From: Candidatus Lindowbacteria bacterium RIFCSPLOWO2_12_FULL_62_27
GTDB lineage: Bacteria; Lindowbacteria; 2-12-FULL-62-27
Length of the DNA: 64,000 nucleotides
Assembly (NCBI GenBank): GCA_001784175.1
Contig: MFPR01000033.1
Span: forward strand, 1-64,000
Reading direction: 5' to 3'
Shown here one piece after another: positions 36,550 through 46,005 of this stretch. The position numbers and the translations under genes were made by a program. The notes below the pieces were generated by a model. That model searched no databases and was not told where the DNA came from. It was given only the letters and a program-made list of their open reading frames with translations. The first letter of the stretch is position 1. Every line of letters begins with the position of its first letter.

Positions 36550-37869
36550 GTGAACAGAAAAATCCTGACGCGCGTCATCGTGAATGTCGCCGTCCTCGTC
36601 GCCGCCTACGCCGCCCTGTACCCGCTGTCCGAAACGATCAACCTCGGATTGGACCTCAAGGGCGGCGTGCTCCTGTCCATGGAAGTCGAAATCTCCGACA
36701 TCCCGGCCGACAAGGTCGAGGAGGAAGTCGACAAGGCGATGCAGATCATCCGCAACCGCGTCGACCAGTTCGGCGTCACCTCTCCGACCATCTCACGGCA
36801 GGGAAAAGACAAGATCGTGGTGGAACTGCCCGGCGAAAAAGACCCGGAACGCGCAAAGGCCGTGATCGGCAAGACGGCCCGGCTGGAGTTCCGGCTGGTC
36901 AACGACGACCTCCTCGCGGCGGCGACCGCCGGGAAAGTTCCGGACGGATACGAACTCCTCTACGAGCACATCCGCGATCCGATCACGCACCTGCGCGTCG
37001 ATACGCGGCCATGGCTGGTCGAGGCGCGGACTCTCATGACCGGCGAGAATCTCGAAAAAGCATTCATCCAGCCCGACCCGATGACCAACTCGCCCAACGT
37101 CGCATTCCAGTTCAATTCCATCGGCGCCCGGCAGTTCGGCGAGCTCACCTCGCGGAACGTCAACCGCAAGCTTGCCATCATCCTCGACGGCGTGGTTCAG
37201 TCCGCGCCCGTCATCCGCACGGCCATCACCGGCGGCAACGGCGTCATCGAGGGCCGGTTCACCTTTGACGACGCCAAGGAACTCTCGGTCGTCCTCAACG
37301 CGGGCGCGCTCCCGTCCGAGGTCCGCATCATCGAGGAACGCGCCATCGGGCCGTCCCTCGGGCTCGACTCCATCTTCAAGGGACTCCTCGCATCGGCCAT
37401 CGGATTTGCGCTCACCGTCGCGTTCGTCGTCGCATGGTACAGATTCTCCGGCCTCATCGCCACCGTCGCGCTCCTCGCCAACGTCATTCTCGTCCTCGGC
37501 GCCATGGCCCTCATGAAGGGAACCCTCACGCTGCCCGGCATCGCGGGCCTTTTGCTCACCGTCGCGATGGCCGTCGACGCCAATGTCCTCGTCTATGAGC
37601 GCATCAAAGAGGAGATGCGGGCCGGACGGACGGTCCGCACGGCCATCGACGCGGGGTTCGCGCGCGCCTTCTGGACCATCTTCGACTCCAACCTCACGAC
37701 GCTCATCACGGCCGTCGTCCTCTACAAATTCGGCGCCGGGCCCGTCCGCGGATTCGCCGTCACCCTCATCGTCGGCATCCTCGCCAGCATGTTCACGGCG
37801 CTGTACGGATGCAAAACGCTCTTCCTCATCATCACCCGCCGGCCGGACGTCGTCAAAATCTCGATATGA
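36550..37869 (+). CDS. secD: Protein translocase subunit SecD
   Basis: LGLDLKGG, RNRVDQFGV, GPSLG, AVDANVLVYERIKEE. Confidence 0.97.
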   Translation: MNRKILTRVIVNVAVLVAAYAALYPLSETINLGLDLKGGVLLSMEVEISDIPADKVEEEVDKAMQIIRNRVDQFGVTSPTISRQGKDKIVVELPGEKDPERAKAVIGKTARLEFRLVNDDLLAAATAGKVPDGYELLYEHIRDPITHLRVDTRPWLVEARTLMTGENLEKAFIQPDPMTNSPNVAFQFNSIGARQFGELTSRNVNRKLAIILDGVVQSAPVIRTAITGGNGVIEGRFTFDDAKELSVVLNAGALPSEVRIIEERAIGPSLGLDSIFKGLLASAIGFALTVAFVVAWYRFSGLIATVALLANVILVLGAMALMKGTLTLPGIAGLLLTVAMAVDANVLVYERIKEEMRAGRTVRTAIDAGFARAFWTIFDSNLTTLITAVVLYKFGAGPVRGFAVTLIVGILASMFTALYGCKTLFLIITRRPDVVKISI

Positions 37870-39425
37870 GTAAGCCCGGACAGAATCCTCAACCCAAACC
37901 GCCCGGCCCCGGCGCAGGCAGCGCGTTCACGTTTTATTTTGATTTCATCGCCAAACGAAATATCGCCTTCGCTGTCTCGGGTGGCATGGTGCTGCTTTTC
38001 TGGATCTGGGTCATCGCTTCCGGCGGACTGAAATATGGAATCGATTTCACGGGCGGCATCCGCCACGTTTTCAAATTCAACCGGCCCGCCACCGTCGAGC
38101 TTTTGTCCAAGGTTCGCGAAGCCTCCCTGATCGCCGATCCGGGCGCGCAGGTGCAGAACCTCGGCAAACCCGAGGAAGGCGAGGTCATGATCCAGGTCAA
38201 GGGGTTCGAGACCGTTGAGAAGGCCGCGCGCGCAGTCGAGCGGGCGCCGGTCATGGGCGTGGAGGATCTCAAGGCGCGCCTCGCCGACTTCGAGATGTTC
38301 GACGCCGGCTTTTACGAAAAATTCCGCGCCGATACCGGACTCCTCGATTCGGCCCGGCTCAAAAAAATAATCTCCGACTACGTCAATGAATCCACCGCCC
38401 GGCGGCTCCAAGTGGAACTCGGCCGCAAATTCGGCGGCGCAGAAGACCGGATCGATCTCAATGCGTTCCCGGTGGCCGACCGCCTCTTTCAGACCGTCCA
38501 GCGGCTCGCGGTCGGCCGGCTGGCGGCCTCGATCCTCGACCGCCTCCCGACGGCCCGCACGACGGAGGACCTCACGCCGCTCCTCAAAGACGCGGACCTC
38601 GATCCAAACCCGTTCGAAGAAAAATACATCCTTCGGGCCCCCACGCTGGAGGAAATAAAAACCGACCTCCACGATTTCGCCGGCAGGCCCGAACCGTTGT
38701 CCGAGGAACTTCTCAAAATGTACCCGGCCGCATACCGCGAGGCGTTCATGCCGTCCCTTGAGCGCATCGTTGCCGGGAAGGAGACGCGTGGCCTGTACGA
38801 TTCGGTCGACGCCGCCACCCGCCAGGTCGACGGCCCCCAGGCGGGACGCCTGCGGGTAATCCTCGCGGCCTCCTTCCATACCGGCCCCTTCGTTCTGATC
38901 AAGACCGACCAGGTCTCGTCCCGGATCGGCGCCGAGCTTCGACAGAAGGCTCTCGCCGTCATTTCGATCAGCCTCCTCGTCATGCTCCTCTACATCTGGT
39001 TCCGGTTCGAATTGCGGTTCGGCGTCGGCGCCATCGTCACGCTCCTCCACGACTCCCTCACCGTCATCCCCCTCATGTCGGCCCTCGGATACGAGTACGA
39101 CATCAACCTCATCGCCGCGATCCTCACGATCATCGGGTACTCCCTGAACGACACCATCGTCGTCTATGACCGCATCCGCGAGAACATGACGGCCATGCGA
39201 GGATCGCCGCTCGACGCCGTCATCAATACCAGCATCGTCCAGACGCTCTCCCGCACGCTCGTCACCGGCGTCACGTCCCTCCTTGCGATTCTCGCCCTCT
39301 TCTTCTTCGGCGGGCCCGTCCTCGAAGGCTTTTCGCTCGCGCTCTTCATCGGCATCCTCGTCGGCACCTACTCCTCCATCTTCGTCTCCGCGCCCGTCGT
39401 CTATCTTTGGCCGGTCAAAAAATAA
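37866..39425 (+). CDS. secF: Protein translocase subunit SecF with enlarged periplasmic domain
   Basis: GIDFTGG, GYSLNDTIVVYDRIREN, GTYSSIF; 519 aa. Confidence 0.95.
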   Translation: MSKPGQNPQPKPPGPGAGSAFTFYFDFIAKRNIAFAVSGGMVLLFWIWVIASGGLKYGIDFTGGIRHVFKFNRPATVELLSKVREASLIADPGAQVQNLGKPEEGEVMIQVKGFETVEKAARAVERAPVMGVEDLKARLADFEMFDAGFYEKFRADTGLLDSARLKKIISDYVNESTARRLQVELGRKFGGAEDRIDLNAFPVADRLFQTVQRLAVGRLAASILDRLPTARTTEDLTPLLKDADLDPNPFEEKYILRAPTLEEIKTDLHDFAGRPEPLSEELLKMYPAAYREAFMPSLERIVAGKETRGLYDSVDAATRQVDGPQAGRLRVILAASFHTGPFVLIKTDQVSSRIGAELRQKALAVISISLLVMLLYIWFRFELRFGVGAIVTLLHDSLTVIPLMSALGYEYDINLIAAILTIIGYSLNDTIVVYDRIRENMTAMRGSPLDAVINTSIVQTLSRTLVTGVTSLLAILALFFFGGPVLEGFSLALFIGILVGTYSSIFVSAPVVYLWPVKK

Positions 39426-40834
39426 GCCAGGACCGAAGGCTCGCGGCGTTCTTCAGGCTCTACCTCGTCCCGTTCCATCCGTACACGCGCGACCTCTTCC
39501 AGACCCTGCGCCTGTCGGCGTCCGACATCGGCGCCGTCGCCGACCTGTCCAAACTCCCGTACCTCTCCAAGAAGGACCTTCTGCCGGACCCGCGCGACCC
39601 CGACAAGGTCAAGCGGTTCATCCTCGCGCCCACGCCCGAGTCCCTGCGGCAAAGCTGGCCGATCTGGCGGCTCGCCGGCGCGGCGCTGAACCGCAAAAAA
39701 TTCAAAGAGAGTTTCTTTCCGGTCCTCCTGACCGCCACGACCGGCCGGTCGGCGGATCCGATCTCGTTTATCTACGCCCGGCGCGACCTCGACATTCTGA
39801 CGGAGGCCGGCCGGCGGCTCATCGAGGTGTTCGGCCTGGCCTACCCGGACCGCGCGCTGTCGGTGTTTCCCTACGCGCCGCACCTCGCCTTCTGGCAGTG
39901 CTGCCTGGCCGGATTCGGCGCGAATCTGTTCATGGTGCAGACCGGCGGCGGCAAAGTGATGGGCACGGAGGGAAATTTGAAAATGCTGGACAAACTGAAA
40001 CCGACGGCCATCGTCGGCGTGCCGAGCTACGCGTACCATCTCCTGCGCGAGGCGCTCGCGGCGAAGATCAGCACGGCGTCCGTGACCAAAGTCATTCTCG
40101 GCGCGGAAAAAGCGCCGCCGGGCATGAAACGAAAAATCATCGAACTCCTCGAAGCCGGCGGCGCCAAGCGGCCCGTCGTTTTTTCAACCTACGCGTTCAC
40201 CGAAGCCAAAAAAGCCTGGGGCGAATGCCCGACGGCCGACCCCGAAGTCTCCAGCGGCTACCATCTCACGCCGGACCTCGACCTCGTTCAGATCGCCGAC
40301 CCCGTCACCGGCAAAATCCTGCCGCCCGAAACCCCGGGCGAGATCGTTTACACGCCGCTCACCGGCGCCGGCACGCTCGTGTGGCGATACCGCACCGGCG
40401 ACATCGCGGAGGGAGGCATCACCCACCGCCCCTGCCCCCACTGCGGCCGGCTGACCCCGCGGCTCATCGGCCCCATCTCGCGTGTGTCCAACATCAAGGA
40501 CCTCCGGCTCACCAAAATCAAGGGCACGCTCGTCAACCTCAACAACATCGCCGGCGTCCTCGACGGATTCGCCCTGATCGAGGAATGGCAAATCGTTATC
40601 CGTAAAAAAGACAACGACCCCCACGAAGTCGACGAGATCGTCCTCTACGCCGCCGTCAAATCCGGCGCCCCGGAACAGGAAATCGCCGACCGCATCGGAA
40701 AAGAATTGCGCGCCGCTTGCGAAATCGCGCCCAACGAAATAAAAATCCTCCCGCTCCGCGAAATGCTCGACCGCATCAAAATGGAAACCGCCCTCAAGGA
40801 GGTCCGCATCCTCGACATCCGGCCCAAGACATAG
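39407..40834 (+). CDS. Phenylacetate-CoA ligase (PaaK)-family adenylate-forming enzyme
   Basis: TTGRS P-loop, YAFTE, RYRTGDI, KIKGTLV. Confidence 0.85.
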   Translation: MAGQKISQDRRLAAFFRLYLVPFHPYTRDLFQTLRLSASDIGAVADLSKLPYLSKKDLLPDPRDPDKVKRFILAPTPESLRQSWPIWRLAGAALNRKKFKESFFPVLLTATTGRSADPISFIYARRDLDILTEAGRRLIEVFGLAYPDRALSVFPYAPHLAFWQCCLAGFGANLFMVQTGGGKVMGTEGNLKMLDKLKPTAIVGVPSYAYHLLREALAAKISTASVTKVILGAEKAPPGMKRKIIELLEAGGAKRPVVFSTYAFTEAKKAWGECPTADPEVSSGYHLTPDLDLVQIADPVTGKILPPETPGEIVYTPLTGAGTLVWRYRTGDIAEGGITHRPCPHCGRLTPRLIGPISRVSNIKDLRLTKIKGTLVNLNNIAGVLDGFALIEEWQIVIRKKDNDPHEVDEIVLYAAVKSGAPEQEIADRIGKELRAACEIAPNEIKILPLREMLDRIKMETALKEVRILDIRPKT

Positions 40835-40908
40835 GCCGGCGGTTGTACCACCCCCAAGTCAACATTTTCATACTCCTGTATCCCTTCCTGTAACTATCAC
40901 AACCACAT

Positions 40909-40924
40909 TGTGATCCAGATCACA
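40909..40924. promoter_or_regulatory. CRP-family binding site
   Basis: TGTGA-TCCAGA-TCACA in the AT-rich region about 157 bp upstream of the protease-Kelch gene. Confidence 0.7.
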
Positions 40925-41080
40925 CACATTGTGTGAGACCGTAATCCCCTGAAATCACGAGGATTGTGTATTAATGTCCGCCCTTCCACTTTTCTGCACG
41001 CTTGTTGCAACCCTCCTATCAGTTCGCATGGCGAACGAATCTGGAACGTGAGATGGAAATTGCAAGGGGGTACAAGAATC

Positions 41081-44000
41081 ATGAAAAGGTCGAGCACCCT
41101 ATGGATCGTCGGTTTGATCGTAAGCATTTTGTTCGGTTGGGGCTGGACAGGTCTGGCGATTGCGGCCCACGACAAGGACGAATGTCCGCTTCCGAAGTCA
41201 TTCACCATAGACAAGAAATTCTATGAATGGCGCGAAAAGCGGGCGCCTCTCCATATTAAAAGGAAGCTCGATGAGCTTCGGCGCTGTAACAATCCCCGCG
41301 CCGCAAGTCACAAAGGACACGCGCACGCGTCCTATGAAGTCGCATACACGACGGCCTTGGACCGGCAGTTGCGGCATCTCGCAGGCACGCGCGTGCCGTC
41401 CAAGTTCAACTTCCAGGCGGCGCTCCGCAAGCAGAAATTGCGGCTGACTTCGACGGCCACCGGCGGCGACACCACGTCGGCCCCGACGTCCGGCACATCC
41501 GGCGCGCCTTCGGCGGACCTCGCGGTCTTCAGTTGGGTCGATCTCGGCAAGGTGACGCCGGTGAAGGACCAGGGGTATTGCGGCAGTTGCTGGGACTTCG
41601 GCGCGACGAGCGCGCTCGAAGGCAGCTACGCGATCATCAACAATCAACTGATCGACGCGTCCGAGCAGGACGAGCTGAACTACAGCCCGTGGAGCTGCGC
41701 GGGCGGCTGGCATGACGACGCGGCCCAGGACATGGTGAACGTCGGCATCACGACCGAACCGATCGAGCCTTACAAGGCGGTCGACATGACATGGAATCCG
41801 TCGCACCCGCGGCCCTACAAGGCCGAGTCGACGGGCTGGGTGCCGATCCCGTGGCAGTTTTCCGATTCGCAGACGAAGGTGTTGAAGCAGTACCTCACAT
41901 CCCATGGCCCGCTGGCGGTGGCGGTGAACGCGGACTACCCGTTCATGGCATACGCCTCAGGCGTGTTTGTCGGCACGTACAATACGACGTACATCAATCA
42001 CGTCGTGACGATCGTCGGATGGGACGACAGTAAGCAAGCGTGGCTGATCAAGAACTCGTGGGGCACCGGCTGGGGCATGGGCGGCTACATGTGGATCAAG
42101 TACGGCACGAACGCCATCGGCCTCTACCCGGTGTGGGTCAAGGCCAAGCCGGCGGTTCAACCCACCGTCGACATGCCGGTCATTCAGCCGGTCTCCGGGA
42201 CGTACACGACGACCCTGACAAACGTGACGATGACCTGCGCCACGAGCGGGGCGTCGATCCGTTACACGACCGACGGCGCCGCGCCGACGGAGTTTTCGAC
42301 GCTGTACACGGCGCCGCTCACGGTCATCAAGTCGACCACGATCCGGGCGCGGGCGTTCAAGTCTGACATGAACCCCAGCGCCGAGGCGATGGTGTTGTAC
42401 ACCATCAATCTGCCGACGGTCGCCACGCCGGAGATTTATCCGAAGTCGAAGACGTTCTCGACGTCCTTCGGCGCCAGCGTGTCCTGCAGCACCTGGACGG
42501 CGTCGATCCGCTACACGGTCGACGGCGCGCTTCCGACAGAAACCTCGACCCTCTATACGGGTCAGGTGACTGTCAGCAAATCGATGGTGTTCCGGGCGCG
42601 CGCGTTTCAGTGGAACATGTTGCCGAGCAAGGACGCGACGGAGACCTATACGCTCCAGGCGCCGGCCGGCGGCTGGACGGCGATGGCGCCCATGCCGACG
42701 GCGCGGGCCGAGCTGGCCGCGGCGGCGGCGGGCGATGTCGTGTATGCGGTGGGCGGATACAGTTGGTACAACTCCGCCGCCAACCGCACGGTCGAGGCGT
42801 ATAACATGCAGACCAATACGTGGACGATCAAGGCGCAGATGCCGACGGGACGCTGGATGCTGGCGGCCGCGACGGTATGGGGCCGCATCTACGCGGTGGG
42901 CGGCTGCCCGAGCGGATTCACGCCGACGAACAAGCTGGACGAATACGATCCGTGGACCAACACGTGGAAGGCGCTGGCGCCGATGCCGGTCGCGCGGTAC
43001 CGGATGGCGGCCGCGGGATTGGACGGAAAAGTCTACGTGGCGGGCGGGATCACTTCGTACGGTGTGACCGGGATGCTCCATGTTTACGATCTGAATCCGC
43101 AGGCCTGGTCCACCCTGCCGTCCATGCCGACGGCGCGGTTTGACGCGGGCGCGGCCATCGCCGACGGCAAGCTCTACGTGATCGGCGGCGCGGCCTACGG
43201 CGGCGTCAAGCTGAAAACGGTGGAGTGCTACGATCCGGTCGCGAAGACGTGGTCGACGAAAGCCGCGATGCCGACGGCGCGCGCGAGCCTCTCGGTGGTA
43301 CAGCACGCCGGCAAGCTCTACGCGATCGGCGGGCAGGACGCGAACGGCGCGAAGCTCACGACGGTAGAAGTCTACGATCCGAAGGCCAACACGTGGTCGA
43401 CCGGCGCGCCGATGCCGACGGCCCGGTACCTGCTGGCGGCCGCGGCGGTCGCCAACAAGGGCATCTCCGTCGTCGGCGGCTACGACGCCTCCGGCGTGAT
43501 GACGTCCAAAAACGAGGTCTTCACCGGCGGCGACAGCGGAACCCCGTCGCCAACGCCGACGCCCACGCCCGCGCCGGACTCTGGGATGACGTGGGTCTCC
43601 AAGAAGGCCATGGTCGTCGCGGCGGCGGAACTGGCCGCCTGCGTCGACAACGGGATCGTGTACCACATTAACGGCTATAACCCGTCCTTCGGCACGTTCA
43701 CGACCCTCAACTCCTACGACCCCACGACCAACGTCTGGACCATCCGCCCGAATCCGCCGACCTACAAGCGGATGCTGGCGGCGGCGGCCGTCAACGGCAT
43801 CGTCTACGCCGTCGGCGGCGCCACCCCGGGCGTCTACGCAACGGCCGACCTCATGGCCTTCAACCCAGCGACGAACTCGTGGTCCTACAAGGCGTCCATG
43901 CCGACGGCGCGCTACGCGCTGGCGGCGGCCGAACTCAACGGCAAACTCTACGCGGCCGGCGGCGCGGGGCCTTACATTACGAACACGGTGCAAGTGTACA

Positions 44001-44473
44001 CCCCGACGTACAACTCCTGGACCACGCTCCCGTCGATGCCGACGGCGCGGATGAACTGCGGCGCGGCCTCGGCCGACGGCAAACTCTACGTGATCGGCGG
44101 CTGGGCCAGCACTTTTGCGGTGAGCGGCGCGGTAGAGTGCTACGATCCGGTGACCAACACGTGGACGACCAAGGCGCCGATGCCGACGCCGCGCTCGGAC
44201 CTGGCAGTGACGGCCTACAACGGCAAGATCTACGCCTGCGGCGGCAACATCGCGGGCGGCGCGATCGTCTCGACGGTCGAGGTCTACGATCCGAAGACCA
44301 ACACGTGGACCAAGGAAACCCCGATGCCGGTCGTCAAACGCCAGTTCGCAGCGGTAGGCGTCGCGACCAAGGGCGTCTTCACCCTGGGCGGCTACGGCGA
44401 ATCCTACGCCACGCTCTCGCGCGTCGACGCGCTAGTCCCGGCCAACGCCACGTCCCTGGCGCTGGCCAAGTGA
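41081..44473 (+). CDS. Secreted papain-family (C1A) cysteine protease with two chitobiase/Fn3-associated domains and 12 Kelch repeats
   Basis: Signal peptide; QGYCGSCW, NHVVTIVGW, IKNSWG; ASIRYTxDGxxP twice; 6+6 Kelch repeats separated by a PT linker. Confidence 0.92.
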   Translation: MKRSSTLWIVGLIVSILFGWGWTGLAIAAHDKDECPLPKSFTIDKKFYEWREKRAPLHIKRKLDELRRCNNPRAASHKGHAHASYEVAYTTALDRQLRHLAGTRVPSKFNFQAALRKQKLRLTSTATGGDTTSAPTSGTSGAPSADLAVFSWVDLGKVTPVKDQGYCGSCWDFGATSALEGSYAIINNQLIDASEQDELNYSPWSCAGGWHDDAAQDMVNVGITTEPIEPYKAVDMTWNPSHPRPYKAESTGWVPIPWQFSDSQTKVLKQYLTSHGPLAVAVNADYPFMAYASGVFVGTYNTTYINHVVTIVGWDDSKQAWLIKNSWGTGWGMGGYMWIKYGTNAIGLYPVWVKAKPAVQPTVDMPVIQPVSGTYTTTLTNVTMTCATSGASIRYTTDGAAPTEFSTLYTAPLTVIKSTTIRARAFKSDMNPSAEAMVLYTINLPTVATPEIYPKSKTFSTSFGASVSCSTWTASIRYTVDGALPTETSTLYTGQVTVSKSMVFRARAFQWNMLPSKDATETYTLQAPAGGWTAMAPMPTARAELAAAAAGDVVYAVGGYSWYNSAANRTVEAYNMQTNTWTIKAQMPTGRWMLAAATVWGRIYAVGGCPSGFTPTNKLDEYDPWTNTWKALAPMPVARYRMAAAGLDGKVYVAGGITSYGVTGMLHVYDLNPQAWSTLPSMPTARFDAGAAIADGKLYVIGGAAYGGVKLKTVECYDPVAKTWSTKAAMPTARASLSVVQHAGKLYAIGGQDANGAKLTTVEVYDPKANTWSTGAPMPTARYLLAAAAVANKGISVVGGYDASGVMTSKNEVFTGGDSGTPSPTPTPTPAPDSGMTWVSKKAMVVAAAELAACVDNGIVYHINGYNPSFGTFTTLNSYDPTTNVWTIRPNPPTYKRMLAAAAVNGIVYAVGGATPGVYATADLMAFNPATNSWSYKASMPTARYALAAAELNGKLYAAGGAGPYITNTVQVYTPTYNSWTTLPSMPTARMNCGAASADGKLYVIGGWASTFAVSGAVECYDPVTNTWTTKAPMPTPRSDLAVTAYNGKIYACGGNIAGGAIVSTVEVYDPKTNTWTKETPMPVVKRQFAAVGVATKGVFTLGGYGESYATLSRVDALVPANATSLALAK

Positions 44474-44514
44474 GGTGATCGCGCCATCATCCAACGCCTC
44501 TCGAATTTCGCACC

Positions 44515-44541
44515 CCCTCTCCCGCCCTTGGCGGGAGAGGG
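44515..44541. repeat. REP-like hairpin, CCCTCTCCC family (possible terminator)
   Basis: CCCTCTCCCGCC-ctt-GGCGGGAGAGGG. Confidence 0.85.
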
Positions 44542-44557
44542 TTGTCATAGGTGCCTC

Positions 44558-44589
44558 ATAGGTGCCGGACATAGACTTATAGACTTATT
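44558..44589. repeat. Solo left arm of the TAGACTTA palindromic element
   Basis: ATAGGTGCCGGACATAGACTTATAGACTTATT, same core as at 20409 and 45375. Confidence 0.95.
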
Positions 44590-44600
44590 ACCCGGAGAGA

Positions 44601-44731
44601 AAAATATTGCGTGTGTGGCGTCATGCCCGCGTGGGCGGGCATCCAGTATCCTTCCGCAAAAATACTCTGGATTCCCGCTTTCGCGGGAATGACGAATGCC
44701 CCTCGACGCCTTGTATCCCACGCAATATTTT
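44601..44731. repeat. Inverted REP doublet (ATTCCC-N8-GGGAAT type) inside a 13-bp inverted repeat
   Basis: CGTCATGCCCGCGTGGGCGGGCATCCAG (44619-44646) and CTGGATTCCCGCTTTCGCGGGAATGACG (44667-44694); outer AAAATATTGCGTG/CACGCAATATTTT. Confidence 0.88.
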
Positions 44732-44793
44732 CTGCTCCCCCTAGTAGGGGAGGCCGGCCGCCGGCTACCGTGATAAGTAACCCGTAGCCGGGT

Positions 44794-45378
44794 ATGGACT
44801 TGTCAGGACCGTTTGGAGTTAAAGGATTGCAAGCGCCTCCGGATCGCCACCGCGTGAAGATCTGTTTTCCTTTCCAGCGCCATGGCGTGCCGTTTCATTT
44901 CCGACGAGCCGGCACCCCGGTGGAGGAACCGACAAAGATCAGCAAATTCTGGCAGGACTACTATGAACTGGCCAATGCCGTCGCGCCCGAGTTGAAAATG
45001 AAAATTCCAACGGACAATACCGGCACGACGATTTTTTTCAGGCCTGACGAGTTCCCCGTTTGGATGAAACTCATCCACAAGGCCCACCTGGGGGCGGTTG
45101 TCATCCAGATGAACGGGATGGGGCCATTCCTGTCCGAAGTCGGCGAGCGTCTGGGACCCCTCATTGAAGCAAACATGGTCATTGAACGAACCCACAAGTC
45201 GGCGGCCGTAAAGATGGAGGTGCCGGTCATTGACATGACCCGGCCATTGAGCGACCAGAAGGTTCCTGTTCTGAATGCGATTCACGTGGCGCAGGAATTG
45301 CATCGTTGGGGCGCAAAAAATCTTCATCACCTCGTGGAGCTGCACGACAAATACACGACCGAATGGAAAAAGCCATAG
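44794..45378 (+). CDS. Hypothetical protein, possibly the C-terminal part of a larger protein
   Basis: 194-aa ORF, protein-like from KFWQDYY onward; its stop codon lies in the repeat arm. Confidence 0.6.
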   Translation: MDLSGPFGVKGLQAPPDRHRVKICFPFQRHGVPFHFRRAGTPVEEPTKISKFWQDYYELANAVAPELKMKIPTDNTGTTIFFRPDEFPVWMKLIHKAHLGAVVIQMNGMGPFLSEVGERLGPLIEANMVIERTHKSAAVKMEVPVIDMTRPLSDQKVPVLNAIHVAQELHRWGAKNLHHLVELHDKYTTEWKKP

Positions 45379-45461
45379 GTGCCGGACATAGACTTATAGA
45401 CTTATGGGAGGTTGTCTGCCAGCTACCGCGATAAGTCTATAAGTCTATGTCCGGCACCTAT
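45375..45461. repeat. TAGACTTA palindromic element, 31-bp arms, 25-nt spacer
   Basis: 45375-45405 and 45431-45461 are exact reverse complements. Confidence 0.95.
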
Positions 45462-45738
45462 CACAGACAGAGGAAGAGTTACATGCATTGTTTACTTTCC
45501 CAACATATTGTGGATACTTCTTATCCTTTTGTGGTAATTCTTCTCAGAATACTATAACTTCCTGCCAATTTTGTGATTACCTAACTACTTAATATTATGA
45601 TAGTTAAATAAAATATCTGCAAGGCTATTTCATTTGCATGATAATTGCAGGATAATAGGCATGGAAGCTTACAAACTTAACAAAACAACCGAACGGGCCA
45701 GATTGCTGTTGCTCCTCGGGAGGAAGGAGGGGAGTTAC

Positions 45739-45951
45739 ATGTACTCGATGCGCGAACGCGAAACGTTCTACTTGGATGAGCTACGTGCAGGGATGGTGAC
45801 GGCGGAGCCCGTCTTGGACCGCGGCGGCAACCGGCTTCTGAACTCCGACATCACACTTGACGACAGCAAGATATCGAGGCTGAGGGCTCGAGGGGTAGCG
45901 ACTGTTCGGGTGAAGCGCGAAGAGGGAAACCTAAAACCGGAGGTACATTAG
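45739..45951 (+). CDS. Small protein resembling the N-terminal module of HD-GYP proteins
   Basis: DELRAGMVTAEPV...GNRLL....L....I..L...GV..V.V pattern; AAGGAGG RBS. Confidence 0.65.
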   Translation: MYSMRERETFYLDELRAGMVTAEPVLDRGGNRLLNSDITLDDSKISRLRARGVATVRVKREEGNLKPEVH

Positions 45952-46005
45952 GAGTTTGCAGATCGACACCAACGTCATACGCGATTATCCAAGCAAGGAT
46001 GGCAA

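Noticed and set aside
42660-44430. Recurring ATGCCGACGGCGCG DNA repeats
   Set aside because: Explained by Kelch repeat coding (MPTAR)
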